Positions 25,880 to 40,249 of a stretch of DNA of 64,000 nt are shown here, piece by piece; position 1 is the first letter of the stretch; each line of letters begins with the position of its first letter. The translations under genes were made by a program, and so were the position numbers. The notes under the pieces are model-generated. The model saw only the letters and a program-made list of their open reading frames with translations. It was not told where the DNA came from and did no database searches. The stretch comes from Raillietiella orientalis (Eukaryota): the NCBI GenBank assembly GCA_036172245.1, contig JAYWIR010000015.1:372001-436000 (forward strand), read 5' to 3'.

Positions 25880-28800
25880 ATGAGCGGCTCTTGGAGGAAA
25901 CTCGCAACTTTCCGTCTTTTAAATGGGCCTATCCGAACGAGACAAGAAGCGCACGGGAACCGCGGTGCGCGCGCGGATGAGAGAGAAGAAGAGCTCAGGA
26001 TTTGGCAGACCTCCTGGCAATGGCATTCATAAATTTCGGTTGCAGGAATGTAATAGGAGTGTCATCAAGCACCAAAGGATGAATTATGGTTATTGACGGA
26101 GGCTTTGTGATGGTGTTTCTGAGTAAATACGCCATTTATTAACAACACGTCCAGCCGTGGTTGGTCCCTAAGGAAGGGGAGGTATCTGAAAGTGCTTTCC
26201 TGAAAGCATGCCCGGAATCCCATGCAGGGCAGCCGAAGAAATCATCTTTCCATCGTAGCATCGCGCATCATTACCTGCGCTGCTTGCCTTCTTGACGTTT
26301 CCATGGAGCTGCGGGGGAAATCCAAACTCAGACATGGCTCCCGATGGCCATCGCTCGGCTTCTCCAGGAGCTTTCGAAAATCCTCCGGAAGAAAAAAGAA
26401 GCGCCGAAGAGAAGGAGCGAGACGCAGGAAGAAAGAGCAATTTCCAGAACCTCTCCCGGCCCCGCAAGATGAAACTGGGACAGGATCTTCCGCGGGCCAC
26501 ATCCCTAGGAGGGCGGGAGCCTGCTGAAGCAAGAGCGTGCCGTTCGGAGAGTTCTCCGCTGCTGAATGTTGCAATAAGTCAGTGACAGTCAGCACCCGAG
26601 CAGACCACGAGGGAGTCTGACGCGGCGTCGCCGCACCCGCTCTGGCATCGACTGTGCTTACGCATCGCTCCGTCCCTTAATCTTTTAAATCTTCAAACGT
26701 CACTCGGCACTTGGCAAACGGTAACTCAAACTGCACGCCATTGGGGAAAAGGCACTCCAGCCACGTCTCCTTAAATCTCGCACGACCCGCAAAGATTTTG
26801 ACAGATGGCGCCTTCGGAAGTTGGAGCAGAACTTGGTACTCTTGTAATCGACCACTTGCTAAGTAGACAAGGGAAGAAGAAGAGGAAGGAAGCAAAACAA
26901 AAAGGATATTCATATGTATTTACTTACAGACTTACCATCCTAACAGCTCTGGTTGCCCAACAAGAAATTACAGGAAGAGTTACGATCCAGATATGGTGAT
27001 TCATGGTCATCAAGTGTGGAAACGAAGTACCTACGCACTCCGAGCTACAGCACAGAGTGCGTAGGCGCTTCGTTTCTGCACTTGATGAGCTGACCACTGC
27101 CGTGGCTTATTAGAGTACGTCGAAAATAATGATTGATTGTTATTGCTTTTGACTCGCAGTGGGGTATTTCGAAATGATACCCCAATAATGACTGCATTCA
27201 CCAGAAGAAAAAGAGCTACAGAGAGTTTTAAGACATCGATGAAACGCACGAATCAGCAGAATGCTTTCTGCCCTCGGAACAATCGATCGATCACCAAAAA
27301 TAGGTGGAACATGTCTTAGGGAAGGGGTCGAAGCGAGCAGTATCACCAGAGGGTGTCCAATGAGGAGACAACTGGCTTCTTTCGAGATATAGCTAACTCG
27401 AGTGAAAGGGGAAGATTTCGAAAGGCAGGAATTCTAATTTTTGAATGCTGCCTCTTCCCAGAAGCTCATGGAGAAGCTCCTCAACCAGCCGAATCCAATG
27501 CAGAAAGCGGGAACCAGGGATCCAGGGCTTTATTCGACCTAGTGATGCTCCCTCAAGGATGAGCTGCCTAGAAAAATATCATCCCAGTTTCGGATTGCAC
27601 AGGTCATTTTTGAGAGAATGATTCGATGGAGGACGCGAACTCACATCGGCTTGTAGGGTGTGGCCGCTCACTTGCGTGTGGCGCCGTCTCGTCTTGCAAC
27701 CTTAGCCTTTCTGGTAGGCGGCAGGAAAGCTCATTTCATTGTAATCTGGAGCCACATATTTTTCCAACACTTTTGTGTTCGGGTAGGGAAGAATTTCCAA
27801 TTCATCCGGAAAAAATGGTCCAGAGATACAAATGCCAACTCAGGAGAAGGTTTCCTTTCGAAATCAGAATGCCTATTTTATTGAGTTGACATGCTGTTCC
27901 CCAGAATACATTTAGTTTGGTGAATTTCAGAGTGTACAGTATAATATACCGCATTGATAACTGCAGCACGCGTTGCAAACCGTGTCTCGATAGACACTGA
28001 CAGACTCCTCACAATTCACATGGAAATGAAGCGCTACTTCCTTGTTTTGAAGCATAGACTGATGAATCATGTCTTGTAACGTAAAGGTCACTTGCTAAGC
28101 TACAATCAAAAGCATCACAAGAAATAAACAAGGTCTTCGTGATGCAAGCAAAGCGCTTGTCTTCCTGTTTAGAAGCCCTAGCAGGCCTACTGGGAGTGGT
28201 GGTACGATGCTTTTGTCACGTGATTGCAGTATTCGCTATCACTTGCGGTTCTCAAGAACCAAAGCATCATCGTTGGACTGCAGCTTTCAGGTACTCTGCA
28301 CCGCGCCAGACGAAGACTGATGCCAAAAGAGGACCACCATGACATCCAGAGTTGCGTCCTTCACTACAAGCATCGGAAAAAGCCATCACAAAAGTTCCTC
28401 GAGATGTAGGCTAATTTTTTCGTCGGTCGGTAGCAACAGTCTTTGAGACACCTGTTCCAGAGAACTCACCCCTTGGCGTATCTGAGCAGTGAGACTAACT
28501 CAGGAAGGGGTCACAAGTCTTGCCGTGTTCCCAATCACACTTCACCTAATGAATTGGTCTCGTGTAACCCCTCAGGAGCTTAAAATGGAAGATATGAGGT
28601 AATGCCGTAGCGCTATCGGACATGAAAGCACCAAAGTGGTCCAAGTTCAGGTTGTATCCGACTCAGTTGTAAAAAGCTGAGTGCGATTTTCAGGAACGGT
28701 TTAGAAAGGACAGTAGAGAACTCTATAAGTGGAAACTTTTTTTTTCTTCTTTGGCAGCACGCAGGGGTTCATTGGCAACTTGCTTTTTGATGATCATTTT

Positions 28801-30100
28801 ATTGTTTTCACTGGGGAGAGAAAAGAAAAAAAAACGGGATTCTGAATGAAATTGCAAGGCAATCCTATAAATTTGCAGGAAACTGGGATTGCATCCAGCC
28901 TATGCATGTGACTGTGAATCCCAAGAATGCCTCCGGATTTCCTTTAGGTGCACAATAGCGGGTGAATCTAAAGAGCACGAACAGAAGGAGCAACGCGAAC
29001 AATTCTATTCTTCGAGGTCTCCCATTCTGGAGATCTGGAAAGCCCCTGAACCGTACGTACTCGAATAAACCGGAACCCAATCCATAAAGATACATACACA
29101 ATCGTTAAATGAAAATCTCACTCCATTCGAGAGATCATCTCTAGCGATTGTTCTCAGATTCCCAGGAAACGCATCTCGCTTTTGACGGAGCACGAGTTCC
29201 AGTCTTTTCTTGCCTGTGAACCGCATGGAAGAAATGTGCAGATCGTGGAGTGACCAGCACTGCTACAAGAGTACATTTACCGCACTTCAAAGGTATTCCC
29301 TAGAATTGAAAGAAATGGAAGACAAAGAGGCATTTCCATTCGTTTTGTGTTTCTTCTCGTTGTGTTCGTTTTCAACAATTCGGACTTTCTGCTGTATTAT
29401 GCAGACAATCATCGCAAAGATCATGTATCAGCAGTGGCTCACTGTGTCATCATTCCCTGATTAACCACAGCACCTTTTTTTTTTCTTTCTTTCTGTCTTT
29501 GAAGATGATGTCACACCAAGTCGAAAAAAATTAGTGACGATTACGCCATCTAGTGGAGAACATGGAGTTATGTGGAAAAAAAAAACGATGTCTAAGCCAT
29601 CTATAATTAGCCACCACCAGTGCCAATACACGAGAAGAAGAAACAGAAGCAATCCAGACATCCCCTTGAATAGTCAAAGCTGTTCATTACATCGGAAAAT
29701 CGCAGATTTCTTCCGGAACTTGGGTAATTATGGATCAGGAGGCTTTGAAAGAAGCCTTCCGCTTCGGAGCCGGCAAAAACAAACGAAGAGTGTAGGCAAG
29801 ATCGAGGATTCTGCTCCGTGAAACGGCCCAAACGAGGTGAAGATATCCGGCGGGTTCGGATGCTGCACCAAGAAGGAAGTCATGGAACGTTCGGAGGTAC
29901 TTGAGCGACTGATAGAGCGCAAAGACACGGAAGACAGAGAGCGCAGGTGGCGTTTTCTCTCTCCGGCCGCGTGTTGATGCAGTCGTGACGTGTTTGGTAC
30001 AGTGCAGACGTAGTGCAGTCATGAATGCGCGCACGGCTTCTTTGCCGCAAGGAGCAAAAACGTACAAGACAAATTCTACATTCTCCTCCATTCATCGACG
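25880..30100 (+). mobile_element. Degraded LINE relic E (EN to zf footprint)
   Basis: KLATFRLLNG...ELRIWQT ~ EN N-terminus (25784-26032); SIIVGLQLSGTLHRARR ~ SxIVNGxLS..F...R (28224-28409); TCLVQC / HECAHGFF zf-like across a frameshift (~29985-30045). Very eroded. Confidence 0.5.
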
Positions 30101-30499
30101 TTTGCCGTTGCAGCACAGGTATTTATTTACAAACACATCAAATAGTAAGCGTGCGCCAGAGAGGTGATTTAATTGCATTGTATACCATCACTAGATGATT
30201 GGAAGTCGTTAATTACTGTGGATCCCATCTCGCAGTCATCTTTATTCACTCGCTGATCACAACTGCTACCATCGCTGCACGCTCCACGCTTTTGATGTCT
30301 GCGCTGCCCGAGGGCCTTGATCCGGCTAAGCTTCGACGTACTTTCAAAGCGGATGAGTCATTCAATTCATTTGGGAGCGCGCTCTCGCGGACAAATAAGC
30401 AATAAAGCATCACGTTTTTCTTCACCTTCCCCCCCCTTCCTCCCCTGTTGATGCAGTGGGAGGATGTCTTTGATACTCGTTTTGGTTCACCGGGACATT

Positions 30500-33150
30500 T
30501 GCTTTTTGCAGATCGATTGCTTCGCTCTTTGAGTTGAAAGTCCAAGATCGATGGGTTGATCAGGGTTGTCGCTTATTCTGTGCAGAACGCTTCCGAGCTG
30601 CATCCTGCGATCATGAGGTGTTTGAAGAACTCAACCTCTCAGCACTCCTTGTGCACGAACGCATCCTTCCTGACGTTTCAGTGTTTCCCCTCTTCCCCTC
30701 CCCTCCCCCCCTCGTCTCAAGGACCTTTGGTTCTGCTTCAGATTCGTAGCGTCTCTGAACTGATGAGCAAGACCAAACTCCTATGATTCCGGTGCCACCA
30801 CAGCATTCCGATGCCAGACGCCAGAAGACCTCTTCGGCGTTAGAGTCCTTCTCCTGATTTGCCGCATGGATGCTCTCGCCATTTTCGTATCCGTCTTTCC
30901 CGCCCTCCTTGGCTCCACAGAAACGCCTCCTCTGCGTGCTTTGGTTTGAGTGCTGTTGGGAGATCCTACTCGTCCCACTTCAGGATTCCCGACTGGAAAC
31001 CTTAAGCCACTCCCTGAGTACTTGAAATTCGCTCGTGTGCAGAGCCTGGAACTTTAAGAAGACCTGTGACCTGTGCAGAGATGCGGTTCCTTTGAAATTT
31101 CATGGGAGCATTGTGTGTGGAGCGGCTTCTGCAGGAAGCTTGTGCACAGCTGTTTGCTGCAGATGTAGCGTCCAAGAGAGGGCACGACAGCTTACAGGCA
31201 GGTATTTTTCAACGATGCACGCTTCGAACATCACTTGCTGCCGTACCAGACACAACAAGTAACTGGACCTTGAAAAACCTCCATGCAAGTTTCTCTGGGC
31301 GTATCTCCAGCAATCTGAAGTCATGGACGCAGAATGGTAGATTTCCTGCGCCTAGGCATGACCCAGCTCAAAAGGGGCCAAATAAACTGATGCCCGACCG
31401 AATCCGCAGTTTTGCTGACTGCCTGGCGGGAGAGAAATCCGAGGTAGAATATCGAAGCGGAAGCTGGATGCGGCGTGAACGCTTCCAGGAGTCGGCAGAG
31501 CGATTTTGGATTCGATCGCTTCAATTATTTCTAATGGAGGCTCCCTCACATCCCTCCCTGGAGAAGACCTGATGTATGGAATGAGCGGGCTTGGTGGAAT
31601 GGAACGTGTTTTGCCAAATCCGTGTTACGTTTGGTCCCTGCGCTTCGAGATCCGCGCTCGCGAACGAACACGCGGTATTTGGTCAGCCCCAAGTACCTCC
31701 CTCTCTCCGGTCGACTATGAGCTCTTCAGTTCCGTTCAGTCCTTTTGTCCGAAGGTGCTCACTGACCTGTTTCCATGTATGCAAGGTACGCAATTCGAAA
31801 ACCGCCCCATGCATTTCCGGTTCCCCGTCCCCTCTGTATTTCTCTTCGGGGAATTTTGGTTCCCGAGACGCCTCACTGTCTTCACTCTTCCCTTTTTTTG
31901 TGTGCGTGTCCTATCCCTATTTCTTCCCCATATTTTACAATTCAGACTGTTCCGCCGCAATATTTGCACGTGACAAACCGTGGCTAAGATCCGAAAATAC
32001 TTTTGCAGCCTCCTCACACTTTATTACATTGATGAAAGTCGAAGCTGACGTTATCTGATTTCCTCCTTCACTGACTCCAGCAGAACTCTATCAACTTACC
32101 TCCCTACGGCGCTGAAGCAAGGCAATAACTTACTGTTTTTTCGCTAACTTTGAGATACACGATCGAATCAGCTGGCAGGAGGGGAAGACGAAGGAGGCCA
32201 AGGTAAAAACAGGGCAAATGAAAACACAATCAACACTGCGGAACACGACGCAGAAACAGTGCCTTGCGTCCTGCTCGCGCTGACAGAGATAAAAAGCTCC
32301 AGCTACGGTAAGAGGATCCGACACGAGCATCTCTGTTGGCAACCCCATGCTTCGCGCGTTTATCTCGGGTCTCCGCTGGGAGCAGAGGAGGAGGAGGAGG
32401 AGGAAAGTACCCTCGCAATTGTTGAATTGTGTTCCCAGACGAGAAGCGAAGCAGACGCGGAGAGCGTCTGCAACTCTTTCGCTGCATCGCCACTTTAGAA
32501 TCGGTCGCTCCTGTTACCCAGCCACGGTTGAAAAACGAAACGGCGCTGAAAGAGGCAGGATTTGTAGGAATCCTTTTCACTTGTGCTTGCTTTCAATTGC
32601 TGCAAGGGGAGTTTTCCCTTGGGGGAAACCTTGAACCGGGGCGTACTCGTGCGCAGAGATGTATGTATACATTAGCATGCGTGTGTGATTCAACTGAGAT
32701 TGCTTGCTTCAAAAGCAATTGGGCTGAATGCCTCCCAGATTCTTCTGGATTGTTTCATAGGGTTCGGAAAAGAATTGGTCCAGCAGCGATAACCGGAAAG
32801 CCATCCATCCCGAACTTCTTTGGAACGAAAATACATCCTCGAGAACAAGATTCCTGCATGGAGCAACGCGACGGGAGGACCCAGCGATAGGGATCCCGGC
32901 GAATACGCCGTCCGCTTCCTGATGACCCCACCTGGAATCCCATATTCAGGAAGAGCTTGCCGGCATCCTCCAGAGGATGTGACGGACCCCAACCAGCAGA
33001 CTGTGATCCCTTCCCACTCCCTCCCCAGTTCTTTCGTCTACCTTTCTTTTTTGTTTTTCTTTTTGTTTATGGCCCCTCCCCTCTGCTGCTGAGGTGGACC
33101 GCACCGGTCTGCGAACCGGTGACCCGGAGGGCTTTGATCATCTAGCGCGT
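30500..33150 (-). mobile_element. Degraded LINE relic F (RT core)
   Basis: SPGRDVRE ~ PGRxIxD (~31545); SKTADSVGHQFIW ~ KAYDxVxHxFLW (31321-31524); NLHGGFSRSSYLLCLVRQQ ~ VNGxxS..F.L.RxVRQG (31100-31324); VLREWLKVSSRGILKWDE ~ SG..INW.KS (~30975-31025). Confidence 0.72.
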
Positions 33151-33549
33151 GGCTGGACCACTGGGAGAGCCACAGATTCCGTAAAATGCTCTATTCGAGA
33201 GAATAAACTCTCCGCCGCACCCGGGTGAGAATCGAGAACAAAATTCCTTAGTTTCTCGTATCAGCAAGCCATTGGATGTGGCAGACTATTCGATGGCGGC
33301 AACACTCTTCCACTTGGAAGACAAAAAAAAAAGAAAACCACTTGAATTCCTCGGAATCACAGACGCTGTATGCAGGTATGTGATTCTAAAGCAGATTTAT
33401 GAAAGAAGTAGTCCTCCGCATCCGATGGTTTTTTTTTATCTTTTTTCAAGCATTGGACGTGGATCGTCATTCATTAGAAAAGTTTGTTCAACGGGGAACT
33501 TTATGACCTCGAAAAAATGCTGCGGTGATCTTTGAAGGTGTCTGTCAAC

Positions 33550-36500
33550 AAGTTAACACGGTTTAAATGAATCTGACACCAGGAATTTGCATAGCACCCA
33601 GGATGTAATGAACTGACGATTATCGTTATAATCCGCTAATCTCAACGTGTGGACCGTCTGTTAAACTCTTCGAGTTTCATGGAGCTCCAGCGTAAATCTT
33701 CGATAAGCATGAAACCAAAGTGATTAAGACTTGTGGTAGGAAATGTATAGAAGAAGAATGTGCTGGGAGAGCAATTTGCTCTCTAAGACAGGCAGTCCTG
33801 TTATTAATAAAAAAAAAAAAAAAAAAAAAAAAGAGCATTGCGATCCTCTCTTAAGAAGCAGGGAGCTCGTCGCTGTTGTATCCAGAATAACACATCGTGG
33901 ATACTGTGCAATAAAGTGATCTTATAATAAGGATCGTGTCACTATTCGTTTCAGCGAATAATTATGGAGAAGCTCCTTCAAGAAGTTCGGGTTTTCACGC
34001 TGTGTGCAGCAGAGAAGAGTGTCGGAAAAATCAACTGCTTTTTAGTTCACCTCATGATGAGGACATGGAAGGGGGAGGGGCATTCAATAGTAAAGAAGTT
34101 CTGCAACAAGAAAACATCATGGGTGTGATCTGCAACCAAAAGCAAGAAGGAGGGGGGGGGGAGATTTAAGAGAATTTGAAGGGAAATCAGTACACTACGG
34201 GTCACATGCCTTCCTTTTTTCCAGTTGCTTGGCATGTTTCTTGATTCAATGACTTTTCATCGATAAAACAGTCATCACATGTGCACCTCTTGCATTTCAA
34301 TAACTCGGTGGAGGCAGCTTTGTGATTTTTTACTAAATTAGTAACGTGCACATGAACACATTGCTTTGAGTGCACAAATATCTAATCGTGTATCTTTATT
34401 GCCGGTGTATCTCTCGTACACAAATGGCGTTCATGTTTCACTCATGATCTCATGGACACTCGAATCGCATCCGTCTAAGTATGTGCATATCGACATATGG
34501 AAATTGAAGAACCATCCGTTTGGATGCTGGAATTCGTTTAATTCCAGCATCACTCTTTCTCAAGGCATGCTTCCGTCTCTCAAGACAGCAGATGTCTTGT
34601 CAGGGATTCAATTGGTCTAAAAGATTTTCTGGAAAACCGTGACAGAAGAGCCATGGACTTCATGTCGGAGGCACGCGGTCTTCAGCCATGTTGAGTCAAT
34701 TTCAAGTGTTTGAAGAACAACTGTCTAAATAGAGAAGACTGGCAAACTGCAAAGTGAAGTTTGTCCAAGAATCAGGAAGAATTCTTAAAGGAAACTTCGG
34801 AAGAGAAAATACCTGAAGAGACTTGATGTTCTACCAATTGTCCATCGGTGCCACATTTCTTCTTCCCATTTACATGCTTCCCTACACCTCCCTGATTGCA
34901 GGAGGGCTCGCAAGAGGCGGAACTGAATGGTAAAGCTGCAACATCGTGATGTTTGTCGACGACTGTCGAAGCTTCATCTTTCCTGCTCAGTGTCGCTGGA
35001 TCTTTGATGGTGGGCTCCATTGAATAAAGGATGCCCTGTGTCCTTTCTTAAAGTACAGGTAAGAACACTGACTTTCACAGCCACTGAGATACGGCATCGG
35101 ATTGCACCTGAACGTTTCAGGAAGCACAATCACAAGTCAGGATGAAATAATTGGACCTTTGCAAACAGAAACAAAATTCATCCCCGGCAGAGTCGTGACA
35201 TATATTTCCATTCATCAGATAGATGACAACGCATAATTTCTCTAACGAGCCTGTATTCTTCTATGCTGATAGTAGTAGCATCTCTGGAAGGAATGCATTT
35301 TGTGGAACGTATCATAAAATCCTCAAGGAAGATTCAGAAATAGTTTTACAGCCGTACCTTCGAAGGAATCTGGAAAAGGTTTGGACTGCCTCCGTGATTT
35401 AATTCCCGATTCAGTTTTCGCACCTCACTGGAAGGCCTAGAAGACGAAAGTGTCATGACTGACCCACATGCTGTTACCTAAAAGCCAATAGTATGTCATG
35501 CAAATTGGGTTAGAATGAAATGAAGTTGCGGAATCAGAGGGATGACGCCAGGATTCCCACCGAGCAAGGGCCAGTGTCTATGCAGCAATCCAGAGAGCAA
35601 CCTTTCTGCAAAGAAGAACCGCAACACAAGGCTGAGGAGAAGTCTGGAAGGAATGGTGACTTTCTCTTATGTATTACAGCCCACCATGTGCCAAGTGGGC
35701 AAGCGCTTGAAAGCACATCTCTCTCCCATCTGTGATCGGAGCGAATGAAGCGAGGCCGGTGGAGATGCAGCGGGCATCTCGATCTCCTCGCGAACGAAAA
35801 TGCTACTAAAATTTCGTTCGCAATTTTCCTTGTCTTCTCGTTTCAGTGCCGCGCTTTTCTCGCTTTTGCTTATGGGAGCTCAAGAAGACCGGATGAAGGT
35901 GCAGGGGAAATTCCCGGTGAGATTTGAGGAACCCTGACTCCGCGTCTAAGCTTTACTACTGCGAGGAAGACTTTTCGGATTCCCGAGGGAAAAAAAATCA
36001 TGATTTAGAATTAGTAAGGCTGCTGCGGATGTCTGGCTCTTTGTTCCTCCGTACCTCCAAGCCGCGTGCGTTGAGATAATGGAACCGACGAGGAAGGTAT
36101 GATGAACGGTAAGGCATCCAGGTGAGGTGGAATCAAAGGCCACGGCCACCGATTACAGTCAGGGAATCAAAAGCGGCAATTTATGTTTATTTGTTCCACG
36201 GACGAAGGCTGCGAAATTGAGCGGAGGAGGACATGCATCTTCTGTCATCTCCCTGCGTTCCTTTCTTTCGAAAATTTTAAGCACTCTCCACTCTTTCCCG
36301 AACGCCGTGGATTACTGCGTCCATACATCATATCCCCCACCAGAGGAAGCCTTCCCTTTCTAGCATGGCTCCAGAGCATGACGCCAATAAAGGATGGCTT
36401 CTTTGCGGTTTCCGATCCCGCGTGGCGTCTTGCATTTTTTTCGCCCCCTCCCTTGGTCCTCGAGCGCGTGGCCGTTCCGTTCGTTCGCTGCTTCTGCATG

Positions 36501-37350
36501 AATGGCTTTTTTTTTTCTTTTTTTTCTCGGACTTACGACCGGATCGCAGTGATGCTGCCGAGAGCAGCGTCTTTCCTGGAGTCACGCGCTGTAAAGTCTC
36601 GAATGGAGGCAGGGAACGCGCTTTCTAGGTAGAGGAGTTGCTGCCGGCTCATCGGTCAAACGAAGTCCCGGGTCTCTCACGTAGACTTGGAAGCGGATCC
36701 CTCCGGTGGTCGCACGACGACCTGCTTTAGTCCTGCTTTAGGAAGGCCAGCCCAGACGCTTCGAATCCGTCTCCGAACAGAACTCCGAGATCCGTTAACG
36801 AGGGCACGGGGAAATGGAGAGGATCTCCCCCTTTTTCCAGTTGGTTGGACTGGAGGTGCAACATTGAACAGTGGAAGATCTTTTGCACATCGGGCAAAGC
36901 GGACATCTTGCCTCGAGGATGTTCACAATGTTTTCTCGCCACGGTGACGTAGACACTCTGATCGGACACGGACAGCATTTTAAAAAGGAACCTATAAAAG
37001 CGAGACACATTCACAAACGTTGCAATCCCCGCTTGCTCTGTTTCCAGTGGGTCCTTGTCCTTCGTAGAGCGTCACTTCGCAGCCATGGTTGGCTGGTTGG
37101 CTGCAGCGCCGCGAGGCCCAACTACCCCTCACACTCCAGCGGGTGCAGGTAGTCCAGTCCCACCGCCAGCTATTGAAGTGGAGAGGGATGGAACCCCAGC
37201 CCAGACTGTCCAAAATCCCAGAAGTCCCAGCCGCCAATGCTTTTTGTCAGTCTGCCGTCTCTCCCCTGCGTCCTTCTTCGCTTTGGGTTTCTTCGCTAAG
37301 GGCCGACCTGTGCTTCCCGTGTCATCCCGCATACCTCGTCTTACCCCCCC
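33550..37350 (-). mobile_element. Degraded LINE relic G (EN-like region plus N-terminal RT)
   Basis: NGKKKCGTDGQLVE ~ GKxPGxDGLxVE (34772-35020). Weaker EN-like (TSAAALLIL, 35946-36149) and RT2/3-like remnants lie at 34.5-34.7 kb. Confidence 0.55.
33809..33832 (+). repeat. A24 homopolymer beginning within an AATAAA hexamer
   Basis: ttattAATAAAAAA... seen directly. Confidence 0.9.
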
Positions 37351-37399
37351 TTTCGCTTTACCCGATGAAAGAGGTCTTCATCCTTGTTGAAGCCCGAGA

Positions 37400-39300
37400 A
37401 TCTTGCAGAGCATGCGCCGTCCATGAGTACCACCAGCGGGGCACATTCTGCTAGTCATCATTGGCCCTGCGGGATCGACCGAACGTCGGGTTGCGGCGCC
37501 CGAAGCGACTCTCGTCAGATCCTATGGAAGGTGCTATTGCTTGTCATGGGAGGCAGGGAAAGGGCAGCCGTGGAAGCCGGAACCTTCGATGAGGGCGTGT
37601 CCGAGACATGTTCGCCGAAGCGACCGGCCCTGAAGGTGGGCGGCGTTCAAGAGTCGGGTCGGGCGCGGGCCCGACCACTGCGACAGAGCTGTTCGAGCGT
37701 TTTGATACGATCCCGTGTGAGGGAGGCAGTTGCTGGAGAGCAGCTGCCGCCCTCGTATAGAGCACGAGAGTGGCAGCGGCGAGCAGTGCGGAAGGATTTA
37801 AGCGCGAGTCGAGCCTGGAGCTGCCTCGGTGACGGCGGCAGCGAACTCTCCAGCGAGTGCCCGGAGGCCTGGTGCGAAGAAAGGGTCTCCCCACGCCAAG
37901 GTCAACGCGAGGGATGACGAACAGCATATGCCCCTCTCGGAAGAACCACGAAGAGGTCCCGTGCCTATCCGTCCCGTGCTGATGTGAACGCGGCGACAAG
38001 CCTCCAGGGGGCCACTGCTCTGGAAGGAGTGCGTGCCGATGCTGCTGGAGCACGGTATTTGGACTCTCAGAGACTCGGGGGGATGAAGCTCTACGCCCTG
38101 ACCTGGTCCGGGTGACGCGAGATCTCCAGGCCCTTTACCCGGCCAAAATCACCACCGCGATCCCCTGCTAGCCTTCCCCCCACCCCGCACTTCGTCAGGA
38201 CGTTCCGTTGAGTCACCTCACAGGAAGCAGCCACTGACCTCCGCAACTTTCGGTGCCGTAGGCGACATCTGCATCCACGCGCTGCTGCTGCGTCCATCGT
38301 CTTCTTCAGCCGGTACGGACGCGAGCAGAGTCTGCAGTCGCCTGCGGCTCTCCTGTCCTTCCTCTCCCCAATCACGAGTTGCCGGAAGCTTCGTGCGCGT
38401 GCAGGAGGAGTTCTTGCAAGGAAGATCTCGTATGATCTTTCCCTCTAGGGTGGTCATTCCTGTCATTCCTCCCAAAAAAGTGTTCTGCCACTAAGTCGAT
38501 TGCAGGCGAATCGTAGGAGGAGGAACCATGGGTCCACCGAGCTCCGGAAAGAGTCCACTACAGGCGCAGGACTCGAGACGAAGACGCGGGTCACCGCGCG
38601 CGCTCACGCCGAAGGTGGTCCATCAGCCGCCGTCTCCCGAGGCTGGGCCGACGGACCCGCGGGCGATGAGAGAGCAGGAATGCGCCGGGCATACGAGGCG
38701 AGAGGAGGAGGAGGAGTGGGGAAGTGGTTTCCCTCCTTCTCGCACGCGGCTCCCGAGAGAATCCACCCCTTCGCTGTCCTCCGCCGCCCCCTTCATTCCT
38801 CCGCCGCTGGCGGACTCCGTTCCAACGGACGCTGTGAAGAATCATCTCGGGGCGGGGCGACCCGCTGTTCCCGACCTTCCAGGACGTCTAGAGGATGCTC
38901 TCGCAGGCGCTCGTCCTTCCTTCCTGAGACGCGAAACGCATTGTGAGGGCACGGGTTTCGGAACACTTTCCTGCCAGGAGGACTTCCTCCTCCTCCTCTT
39001 CCTCCTCCCCCTCCCCTGACTCCTTTAGAACTGCAAGAGAGGACGCCTTCTCGGGAGCTCGTCCGTGCGCCCAAACAGACACGCTCCCGACGGGCAGGAG
39101 AGGAGGGGAAGGGCGACAGAGTTCCCAGGAAGCCTCTCGCTCGTTTTCTCCTACGCACCGCAGATGGGACCCGCACCTCCCACCCGAAGGCATCAGAGCG
39201 CGTCCTGACTTAAATTGGAAACACGTGGTGGGAAGTCTGCCGTCCGCGTCCTGCTCAGTGGACTGCTGAAGATCCTTGAGACGCCCCTTCCCCGCCCTCG
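37400..39300 (-). mobile_element. GC-rich LINE 3' fragment H (zf-RVT-like)
   Basis: GDCRLCSRPYRLKKTMDAAAARGC (38091-38375), preceded by a TKLPAT-like motif in an overlapping frame. Confidence 0.42.
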
Positions 39301-40249
39301 CTCTCCCATTTGCATGCTGCTTCCATGTGCAGTTGGTCTCCTGCTCCCTCCCTTCCCTTTCCTTCCCCTCCTTCTTCCCCCTTCCTCGTCCCCGACGCAA
39401 CCGGGTATCAGTCTCCTCCACCTCCTCTTCACCAGAACAGCACCAACAGAATCAGCATCATCGTCGTCCTCGTCGTCAAGGTCATCATCATCATGCCCGT
39501 TTTCGCTGTCGTTCTTGCTCCGTCCTCTTTCGGATTATTCCCTCACCGATCGTCTCCGGAAGCGAAGAAAGGAGGATGCTTTCTCTGATTCGTTCCTGTC
39601 GATTCCGCTTCCTCCACTCTCTTCCCCCTCCCTCTCTCCCTACACCGGCCCGGCCCACTGCAGCATCCCAGCTTCCGTGCTTTTCATTATGCTCTCCCAT
39701 CTCGTCCTCCCTTTCCGGAAGGGAGGGAAGCGGCGACTTCCGAGCCCCGGAAGCTGACATCTCGGCCGTTCTCCGAACAGCGGCGCCACCTGCCGTTCCT
39801 CGGGCGGAGTGGGTGGCGATTGTCGGCCTCTCAGAAACCGCAATCTCTCTACCTGGAAACCGCGCTTTCGTCTCTCCCTCTTTTTCCCCCTCCCTGCTGT
39901 CTCCGACTCTTCCAACGCTCTTGTCATTTGTGTGCTCCAGATGCTGCGATCCATCATCTCGGGAAAGTCAGGCAATTTTCTCTTCGGGAAGCAACGAACC
40001 CAGCCGCGAAATTTTTCCGGGGACCTGGCCGCGGCGGGAAAGGCATCCGGAGAAGGCAGGCCGATCGCGTCGGCGATCACGTCGACATCCCCTCCGTGTT
40101 CTTTTCTTCCTCTTCATTATCATCATCAACATGAGCAACAGCAGCAGAGGCTTCAAAGGGAGAGCAGACGACATTTTACTCGTGAGGAAGCTCATAATGA
40201 TGCTGAGGACCAACTTTCTACTGGCCCTAAGCACCGTTCTCCTTTGCGC

